A DNA stretch of 64,000 nt from Planctomycetota bacterium (lineage in GTDB: Bacteria; Planctomycetota; B15-G4; SIAN01): the NCBI GenBank assembly GCA_031409275.1, contig JANNXA010000034.1:128001-192000 (forward strand), written 5' to 3'. Below, piece by piece: positions 39,601 to 46,056 of this stretch; position 1 is the stretch's first letter, and each line of letters opens with the position of its first letter. The position numbers were made by a program, and so were the translations under genes. The notes under the pieces are model-generated. The model was not told the DNA's origin and made no database searches. It saw only the letters and a list, made by a program, of their open reading frames with translations.

Positions 39601-40104
39601 ATGGACGAGACGGAAGTCCTCCTTGGTCACCTGGCGCAGGTCGCTGCCGTCGCGCGCGCAGCTCCAGATGTTGTCGGCGCCGCCGCGATCGCTGACGAAG
39701 GCGATGCGCGCGCCGCTCGGGCTGAAGCGTGGCTGCCACTCCCACGCCGCGCCGCCCAGCAGGAGTGTCGCCTCGCCGCCGGCGATCGGCAGCGTCCAGA
39801 CGTCGCCCAGCAGATCGAACAGCAGCGTCTGCCCGTCGGGGCTGACGTCGACCTGCATCCAGGTCCCCTCGTCGGTGTCGATGGTGACGTCGCGCGTCGG
39901 TCCGAACGGCACCGTGACATCCCAGTCGGTGGGGGCGGCGCGCGGCGGATCGAGCAGCGGCCCGGTCGGGGCGCGGCCGCCCGCGCAGCACTCGTCGCCG
40001 GTCGGCGGCAGCGCGGCCGGCAATGCGGTTAAGGGCGCCGCGGCGGCGAGGCCGATGAGCGGCAAGAGAGTGCACGCGAAACGCGACGGGAGGTGGTGTG
40101 CCAT
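36700..40104 (-). CDS. Exported amidohydrolase with TolB/PD40 beta-propellers
   Basis: DEGTWMQVDVSPDG and repeated P.FSPDG. MPGIIDVHAH, LGAHGQLQGLGAHWE, GSLDQGKLADFVV. Confidence 0.92.
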   Translation of the reverse strand: MAHHLPSRFACTLLPLIGLAAAAPLTALPAALPPTGDECCAGGRAPTGPLLDPPRAAPTDWDVTVPFGPTRDVTIDTDEGTWMQVDVSPDGQTLLFDLLGDVWTLPIAGGEATLLLGGAAWEWQPRFSPSGARIAFVSDRGGADNIWSCARDGSDLRQVTKEDFRLVHCPEWMPDGEWILARKHFTDTRSLGAGEVWMYAANGGGAGVQLTEKSSNTADVNEPAISKDGRWLYFSHAGDFAYNKNPYQGIYAVSRIDRANGKREPFSDGSGGACRPRPSPDGKSVALVRRAGLKTALFVRDLASGRERLLFDGLDHDTMETWSTHGTFPGYCWLPDSSAIVVTAGGKLARIDAAEGATSGRTTWIPFHAKTTHKVHEALRFARPVFEPTVHAKMIRWPLLSPDGATIWFQALGQIWKQPRAGGAATAIATAPGALAYAPALSADGRVLAFTTFENGVGGKLWLVPSDGGGAPSVRYEQPGIIANPAFSPIGNEIAFLLGSDATARGESLAGDSLRIAWLVVDASAGAPPHELTTTSNRGTNRRMPRLFFAPDGQQLMWFEDGGAGTVLVRATLDGREKLTLATNEDAEEIAPSPDLKWVAWKEQHQIYVAPFPSAVGRALTIGRNGAPMPVKKLTEIGGSWPTWSADSKYLTWALGPQFAVQEVAPLFAPEAAKAAAAIPPATTPPAETKPADKPAEFNAQGVRPDASLVALDASAPGDAPSGRFALVGARLITMRGDEVIEEGTLIVEGNHIVGLGPSATTTVPAGTTVVDGRGKTVMPGIIDVHAHLHYNALDVQPTQPWEYVVNLAYGVTTTHDPSAPTELVFAQSELVKSGRMVGPRVDSTGFILYGAKNPNKAEIDSLDDARHHLKRLKAVGAFSVKSYNQPRRNQRQWVVAAAREEQMLVVPEGGSLLAHNLTMCLDGHTGVEHNLPVAPIYADVANLFGQSGTGITPTLIVTYGGLNGEYWWYQHDRVFEKQPLLSLSPPGWLEAKSRRRDVFAFDDDFQHVKVAQACAKILRAGGHLQLGAHGQLQGLGAHWELWMLGQGGLSPLEAIRCATHYGAWYLGLDGELGSLDQGKLADFVVMAKNPLERLENSDSIELTCANGRLFDARTMAQQLPEARPRPRLQWEAK

Positions 40105-40168
40105 AGGGCGACCATGTTGCCGCGTCGTGCGCGTGCGGGAAGGGTATGGCCGAGTGGCAGGAGGCGCG

Positions 40169-41488
40169 ATGAGGTCCGATCGTCGATCGTTCGCGCGCGG
40201 CCTCGGCATCGTGGGGGGGCTGCTGCTCGCTCCGGCGCCAACGCAGGCTTCCGGCGATGGCGCGCGCGCCGCCAAGGGCCAGTTCCTCGGCCCCGCCACC
40301 TGCGACTCGACCCACTGCCATGGCGCCGCACGACCCGCCGATGGCCGCGTCCGACAGGATGAGTTCGCGACCTGGTTCGCGCGCGACGACCATCGCCGCG
40401 CATGGGAAGCGCTCTCGGCGCCGCTCGGTCGCGCGATGGGCGAGCGGCTCGGGATCGACGCGACGAAGGCGGCCGAGTGTCTCGTCTGCCACGCCGGATC
40501 GGAGAGCGCCGGCGCCAACGTCGCCGACTTCGGCGTCAGCTGCGAGGCGTGCCACGGCGCGGCCTCGGGCTGGTACGGGACGCACTTCCAACGAGGATTC
40601 GATCGCGCGACGGCGGTTCGCGAGCTCGGCCTCAACGACACGTTGGACCCGGTGGCTCTCGCCGCGACCTGCGTGCGTTGCCACGTCGGCGATGCGACGC
40701 ACGTCGTCGACCATCGGTTGATCGCGGCGGGCCATCCCGACCTCGCGTTCGAAGCGGGCTCCTTCCTGCTCTCGATGAGTCCCCATTGGCGGCAGCGGGG
40801 CGCGACGAGCCGCGACTGGTTCACTCGCGCGGCGCTGGCGGGCCCGCTGGTGGCGCTCGAAGCGCAGCTCGAGAAGCTCGCGCGCGAGGCCGCCGGATCG
40901 CTCGACTTCTCGAGCCGCGAATGCTCCTCCTGCCATCACGACCTCGCGGACGGCGGATGGGATCAGCTACGCGAGTGGCGGCTTGCGCATGGTCTTTCGG
41001 TCCCGATCGGCCGACCGCTCCTCGACGCGTCGCGCTTCGTCACCGCGGGTGCTGTGGCGAGCGCGGTCGATGCGACTCGCGGCGCCGCGCTGCGCGAAAC
41101 GCTTCACCACATGGAGCAGCTCGCCAACGCGCAACCGTTCGACGGCGCGGCCTTCACCGGCGCGGTCGAGCTTGCCGGCCAGCAGGTGCAGCCACTCTTC
41201 GACCTGTTGCAGGCGCGCACCGAAGCGGAGTCGCTGGCGCGCGAGGTCGTGACCGCGCTCTCACGCGAGGGCGATCGCCTCGCCGGCCACGGCATGAAGG
41301 CCGCGGAGCAGGCCGCGCAGCTGATCCACTCACTGCAGACGACGTTCGATGAAGCGAGCTGGAACGTCGCGCCGGGCGGTGCCGCTGCGGCGATCCGCGC
41401 GCGCCTGCTGGCGCCGCTCACGAGGCCGGCAGAGTTCCGGCCGGCCGACTTCGCACGCGAGTGGAAAGCGACGACCGAGCGGGAGTGA
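40169..41488 (+). CDS. Multiheme c-type cytochrome (c554-like N-terminal domain)
   Basis: CDSTHCH (CX4CH), CLVCH, CEACH, CVRCH, CSSCH. AAGHPDLAFE. GGAGG RBS. Confidence 0.88.
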   Translation: MRSDRRSFARGLGIVGGLLLAPAPTQASGDGARAAKGQFLGPATCDSTHCHGAARPADGRVRQDEFATWFARDDHRRAWEALSAPLGRAMGERLGIDATKAAECLVCHAGSESAGANVADFGVSCEACHGAASGWYGTHFQRGFDRATAVRELGLNDTLDPVALAATCVRCHVGDATHVVDHRLIAAGHPDLAFEAGSFLLSMSPHWRQRGATSRDWFTRAALAGPLVALEAQLEKLAREAAGSLDFSSRECSSCHHDLADGGWDQLREWRLAHGLSVPIGRPLLDASRFVTAGAVASAVDATRGAALRETLHHMEQLANAQPFDGAAFTGAVELAGQQVQPLFDLLQARTEAESLAREVVTALSREGDRLAGHGMKAAEQAAQLIHSLQTTFDEASWNVAPGGAAAAIRARLLAPLTRPAEFRPADFAREWKATTERE

Positions 41489-41521
41489 GAACGGGGCGGA
41501 GCGCCGCCGCGAGGTCCACGC

Positions 41522-41989
41522 GTGCCGCAGTTCGCGCCGGCGCACCATCGGTCGCTTCCGATCCATATCCGGCGCACGTCCTACGGCGATGTTCTCGCCG
41601 ATCGACGAAAGGTACGTGATCGGCGCCGCGCTCGGCAGTCGTATGCGCGGTTTGAACAATCGTCCATGGATCGGTGGCCGGACCGGACGTCTGTCGCGTT
41701 GCGGGTCCGCGCACGTCGTTTGCATTGGCACGAACACTCCCTGGAGCAGTTCATGCACAAGGCATCTGACGACTCGACACAGCTCTTCCGCGCGCGTGTC
41801 CGCCAACGCTGGGGGCATCTGAACGATGCGGATGTCGACCTGTTGTGCCTGCGCCGGGCGAAGGCGCTGGAGGTGCTTGGTCCGATGCGTTACGCGAAGC
41901 ATGTGGCAGATGCGATGGGGTCGATCGAGTGGCTGCGCGTGCTGTCGGCGCCGCTGGCGCGCGCCACGAACGCGCAGCGCGCGCCATGA
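41522..41989 (+). CDS. Hypothetical protein
   Basis: Open frame whose stop overlaps the next ATG (ATGA). No recognised motif. Confidence 0.35.
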   Translation: MPQFAPAHHRSLPIHIRRTSYGDVLADRRKVRDRRRARQSYARFEQSSMDRWPDRTSVALRVRARRLHWHEHSLEQFMHKASDDSTQLFRARVRQRWGHLNDADVDLLCLRRAKALEVLGPMRYAKHVADAMGSIEWLRVLSAPLARATNAQRAP

Positions 41990-42282
41990 GCGGTCTCAAT
42001 GAAAATCCAGATCGCTTCGACGGCGCCCTGAGCCTGCCGAGTCACCGAACGTTCGAAGGCGTGAGGAACTTCGGGGTTGCGACTCGGGAGGATGACGCGT
42101 TTCCGAATCAGGAAGCGGTCGAGCGCAGTCGGCGCTTCCTTGCTGCCGACTTCCTGTCCTTCAATCCGACGAATCCTCGGGTCCGCATCCGCGGATCGAA
42201 TGACGGTTTGAGTTCTCAGCTGCTCGTCATCGCCATCTGCTTCCTGCTGCTCGCGACGCTCGGCACCCTGTCGATGTTCTAG
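41986..42282 (+). CDS. Hypothetical small protein with C-terminal TM
   Basis: ATG at 41986 and C-terminal LLVIAICFLLLATLGTLSMF. Its TAG stop lies in the IS target CTAG. Confidence 0.4.
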   Translation: MSGLNENPDRFDGALSLPSHRTFEGVRNFGVATREDDAFPNQEAVERSRRFLAADFLSFNPTNPRVRIRGSNDGLSSQLLVIAICFLLLATLGTLSMF

Positions 42283-43969
42283 CCCGAATAATTCACGAGC
42301 CATGAAACGCGAAAGCCCTCGGTGCGTACGAATCGCCTACCAGAGCTGATTCGAGGCAATCGAGGGGCTTTCAGCGTGTGCGACGATAACGAGCAGGGTG
42401 TTCTCTTCGCCAGTGGGTTGTCGCGGCGGATCGAGGTGCAGTTCGACGAGCCGGATACGACGTCGGATGGCGGTGCGGTGCTGCTGGCGCAGGTGGACCG
42501 CTCGCTCGGTCTGACGTCTTCTCTCGCGCGGGCGGTCCGCGAATGGCGGAGCGACTCCCGCATCGAGCATTCGCTCGAGTCGCTGGTGCGCCAGCGCGTG
42601 TTCGGCATCGCCTGCGGCTACGCCGACTGCAACGACTCGGCGCGGCTGCGGCACGATCCGATGCAGCAGGAGCTGGCCGGCACGGCGGAGACTCACCTCG
42701 CCTCGCAGCCGACGCTGTCGCGCTTCGAGCGGCAGGTGTCGCGCGGGTCGCTGCTGCGGATGGGCGCGACGCTGACGGACTCGGTGATCGAGCGCCTGAA
42801 GAAGCGTCATCCTCGGGCGCGGCGGATCACGCTCGACCTCGACAGCACGGTCGATCCGACACACGGTCGCCAGCAGCTCTCGCTCTTCCACGGCAAGTAC
42901 GGCACGTGGTGCTACCTGCCGCAGCTGTGCTTCGCGACGATCGACGGCGATCCGGAGCAGTACCTGCTGGCGGCGCTGCTGCGACCGGGGACGGCGCACG
43001 AGGTCGATGGCGGGCTGTGGCTGATCCGGCGGATGGTCGAGCGGCTGCGCGCCGCCTTCCCGATGGCGAAGGTGCGCGTGCGGCTCGATGCCGGATTTTC
43101 GGGTCCGGAGCTCTTCGCTCTGCTGAAGGAGCTCAAGGTCGAGTACGTGGTGTCGATGGCGGGGAACCCTGTACTCGCTCGCCGATCGGCGAAGCTCGTC
43201 GAATTCGCCTGGGAGCTGTCGGCGATCACGGGCCAGTCGGCGCGCTGCTACGGCGAGACGCGATACGCCGCGCGCAGCTGGAAGGGCGAGGCGCGGCGAG
43301 TGGTCTTCAAGGCGGAAGTGACGCGCGAGGGCGACAAGCCCGCGCGTGAGAATCCCCGCTACGTCGTCACGAACCTCCGCCGCGGCTCGCCGAAGTCGGT
43401 GTACGAGACGTACTGCCAGCGCGGCGATGTCGAGAACCGGATCAAGGAGCTGAAGGACGATCTTTCGATCGACCGCACCAGCTGCTCGAGCTTCGCCGCC
43501 AACCAGCTGCGGGTGCTGCTGACGGCGGCGGCGTACGCGCTCTATCAGGCGCTGCGCAGCGAGCTCGCACAGCGGGGCGAGGCGCGGGCGCAGGTCGGCA
43601 CGATGCGGCTGCAGCTGATCAAGATCGGCGCACGCGTCGTGCGCTCGGTGAGGCGCGTCGTGCTCCACCTTGCCGCGCAGCATCCTTGGCGCGACGCTTG
43701 GACAAGGCTCGCGCTGAGGCTCGGCGCGGTCCCGATCGCCACTCCGGCCTGATCGACGCCGACGCCGAGCGCGACGAACGGTGCCAAGAGCGGAGATGCT
43801 CCGTCCAGACCATGCGACGGAGCATGAAAACGGCTGTCGAAGCCTGCCTCAACCGCCCGAAAAGCAGCTCCGCGAGCAGGTCGACGCTGAACGCGCCGAC
43901 GAAATCGCAACTAGGCGACGCAGAGGGTGTCGACGGTGCCGGACGACTCGCGCTCATGAATAGGTCAGG
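42283..43969 (+). mobile_element. IS1380 family insertion sequence (1687 bp)
   Basis: IRL CCCGAATAATTCACGAGC vs IRR reverse complement CCTGACCTATTCATGAGC (13/18 match). Flanking CTAG at 42279-42282 and 43970-43973. Confidence 0.9.
42376..43752 (+). CDS. IS1380 family DDE transposase
   Basis: TSDGGAVLL, GYADCND, LASQPTLSRFE, LDLDST, RLDAGF, YCQRGDVENRIKELK, SFAANQLR. Alternative start 42322. Confidence 0.95.
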   Translation: MCDDNEQGVLFASGLSRRIEVQFDEPDTTSDGGAVLLAQVDRSLGLTSSLARAVREWRSDSRIEHSLESLVRQRVFGIACGYADCNDSARLRHDPMQQELAGTAETHLASQPTLSRFERQVSRGSLLRMGATLTDSVIERLKKRHPRARRITLDLDSTVDPTHGRQQLSLFHGKYGTWCYLPQLCFATIDGDPEQYLLAALLRPGTAHEVDGGLWLIRRMVERLRAAFPMAKVRVRLDAGFSGPELFALLKELKVEYVVSMAGNPVLARRSAKLVEFAWELSAITGQSARCYGETRYAARSWKGEARRVVFKAEVTREGDKPARENPRYVVTNLRRGSPKSVYETYCQRGDVENRIKELKDDLSIDRTSCSSFAANQLRVLLTAAAYALYQALRSELAQRGEARAQVGTMRLQLIKIGARVVRSVRRVVLHLAAQHPWRDAWTRLALRLGAVPIATPA

Positions 43970-43973
43970 CTAG

Positions 43974-44133
43974 CAGCCCGTTGGAGAACTCCCCGTGTCG
44001 CCTGGCGGCGTCTTTCAAGCCGCTACTTCGTCGGAGTCTCTCGACAACTCACAGGGGAGTTGGCTTCGAACCTCCTCCTCGTCCCGACTCGAAATCCGCT
44101 CGCCAGACTCGCGGTGACTTCTCCAACGGGCTG
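43974..44133. mobile_element. 160-bp non-autonomous hairpin element (MITE/REPIN-like)
   Basis: Perfect 15-bp TIR CAGCCCGTTGGAGAA / TTCTCCAACGGGCTG with CTAG on both sides. Interior is an imperfect inverted repeat ending in CAACTC-ACAGGG-GAGTTG. Confidence 0.8.
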
Positions 44134-44471
44134 CTAGAGCGCCTGATTCACGAGCCCCGTCGCCTGGCTACGCGGATCGTGAAGAAGTCGGGCGAACGCC
44201 TCGCGGGGCCATCTCGACGCTCCTCGCCATGCACTCGGCTCGAGGGCGGTATTCGCGTGAGCTGCGTGGCCGGCTGCAGCGAGGAGGTGTCCTCGCTCGT
44301 TGGAGCCATGGCCTCCGTCGCGACGCGGGAGGCTCAGGACGCGGAGGGAATGCACGGTTCTGGGGCGTCGTGCGTGCGAGGTCGAGCGGTGGCACCGCTG
44401 CGCAGGCACCCACCCGATTCTCCGGAGAGCCATCGCCGACGTCGTGCGACGACGGCGGCGATGGCGTCGCC

Positions 44472-44864
44472 TCAGCTCTTCGGCTTGACCGTGATGGAGA
44501 TCGGCTGCGTGATGGCGATTCCGCCAGCCCCGCTCGCCGTGACCCGCGCGACCGACTTCTCGACGAGCGCCGCGGAATCGGTGGCTCGCAGCGTGTAGGT
44601 GCCGCGGTCGCCAACGATCTTGGTGCCGGAGTCGACCACTTCGACCCCTTGCGGGAGGTCGGCGAAGTTGATCGAGACCTCGCCGGTCAACAGGTGGCGC
44701 TCGATGTGAAGCTCAGTGGTGGCCGTTCCGCCGCGCACGAGGCTGACACCCGCCGGGGCCTGCAGCGTGAGCTGAGCGCCGGAGGCGCCAGTCACGGTGG
44801 AGGACTTCTGGCAGCCTGCCGAAGCGAGCACGAGGAGGAAGAATGCGATCGGACGTTTCGACAT
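44472..44864 (-). CDS. Small Ig-like lipoprotein (paralog B)
   Basis: Lipobox SAGC. RGGTAT...IER...GEVSINFADLPQGV. Confidence 0.75.
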   Translation of the reverse strand: MSKRPIAFFLLVLASAGCQKSSTVTGASGAQLTLQAPAGVSLVRGGTATTELHIERHLLTGEVSINFADLPQGVEVVDSGTKIVGDRGTYTLRATDSAALVEKSVARVTASGAGGIAITQPISITVKPKS

Positions 44865-44893
44865 GACGGACTCCAGACGAGGGGTGAAAGTGA

Positions 44894-45292
44894 TCATTCG
44901 ACGACGGTGAGCGCGACCACCTGCTCCGTGGCTTGACCGTTCGCCCCCTCGAGGGTGATCCGAATCGAGTGGTTCTGGAGCAGCGATGCCGTGCGCGACG
45001 CGCGCAGCACGAAGGTCGTCGCCGTGGTTTCGACTCGGCGCGACGAGTCCTCCGCGGAAACGCCATCAGGCAGTTGCGACAGCGTGACCGTGACGGCGCC
45101 GGTGAAGCGCTCGCGATCGATGCCGACGGCGAGTAGCGCCGAGGCGCCCCGCTTCAGGTTGACGGAGAGCGGCGTGGTCACGGTGATCGACGTGCCGTCG
45201 TCACCATGCACGGTCGAACTCTGGCAACCCATCGACATCAGCGACACGACGCAGCAGGAAGCGATGGCAATGAAGGCTCGGCGACAGTTCAT
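44894..45292 (-). CDS. Small Ig-like lipoprotein (paralog A)
   Basis: Lipobox-like SMGC. KRGASA...IDR...GAVTVTLSQLPDGV aligns with the neighbour. Confidence 0.75.
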   Translation of the reverse strand: MNCRRAFIAIASCCVVSLMSMGCQSSTVHGDDGTSITVTTPLSVNLKRGASALLAVGIDRERFTGAVTVTLSQLPDGVSAEDSSRRVETTATTFVLRASRTASLLQNHSIRITLEGANGQATEQVVALTVVE

Positions 45293-45356
45293 CAGAAGTC
45301 TCACGGTGGAATCGAGCGGTGGGGTCACGCAAGGCGCGTGACTGGCCTTGAAGAAC

Positions 45357-45371
45357 GCAAGGGGCGCGCCG
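45357..45371 (-). promoter_or_regulatory. sigma54 -24/-12 promoter (lipoprotein pair)
   Basis: CGGCGCG-CCCC-TTGC, GG-N10-GC. Confidence 0.55.
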
Positions 45372-45500
45372 CGGCGCTTGGGTGCAGGCGGCCGGCGGTG
45401 CCCGCGAGCTCGCGCCCGCGACGCTTCTCGATTGCACCATCCGCTTGCAAATCGCGCCTCCGCCGTCCGGTCTCGTCGCCGCTCGGCCGGCCGCAACGAG

Positions 45501-45515
45501 TGGCACGCTTCGTGA
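45501..45515 (+). promoter_or_regulatory. Variant sigma54 promoter (lmo0937-like gene)
   Basis: TGGCACG-CTTC-GTGA. Perfect -24 element, non-canonical -12 (GA). Confidence 0.35.
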
Positions 45516-45554
45516 AGAAGTGTTGCCAGACCCCAACTGCGCGGAGCTCCGAAC

Positions 45555-45704
45555 ATGCTTGAAACGATCGCTCTCGTCCTCGTCGCCTTGTGGCTGCTCG
45601 GACTCGTGTCGTCCTACACCCTTGGCGGCTTCATCCACGTGTTGCTCGTCGTCGCCGTGGTGCTGATCTTGCTGCGCGTGATTCGCGGACGCCGGGTCGT
45701 CTGA
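45555..45704 (+). CDS. lmo0937-family small membrane protein (49 aa)
   Basis: MLETIALVLVALWLLGLVSSYTLGGFIHVLLVVAVVLILLRVIRGRRVV with GGAG RBS. Below the ORF-track size cutoff. Confidence 0.9.
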   Translation: MLETIALVLVALWLLGLVSSYTLGGFIHVLLVVAVVLILLRVIRGRRVV

Positions 45705-46056
45705 CCCGTGCTGACGGGACGCGCGTAATGGACCCCTCGCCATGACCGGGGCGTGGCCGTATGCGCCTTCACGAGTCACTCGACAATTCCGGAGCGTTCG
45801 CTTCGTGGCGCCCTATCGTCACGACCTTGTCGTCGCGGTCGAGCGGGGCGAGCGCTCCATGAAACCGCGTCCTCACGGGTGACGAGAGTCCTCACCCGGA
45901 CGCTTCCCAAGCCACCGACGCGATTCCTCCTGGGCGCCGGTGCGAGTCGGGCGACCCGTTGAGAAGTCGGACCCGTTCAGGGCCAACGCGCGGCGTGGCC
46001 AGAACCCCCACGCGATCGCGGGGGCGCGAAACAGGACGGGGCGAGGAGAGGCGTCG

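Noticed and set aside
42337..43683. 448-aa minus-strand ORF inside the IS
   Set aside because: Antisense shadow of the IS1380 transposase.
43981..44598. 205-aa ORF starting in the MITE
   Set aside because: It runs through a hairpin element and overlaps a real lipoprotein gene on the opposite strand. No protein-like features.
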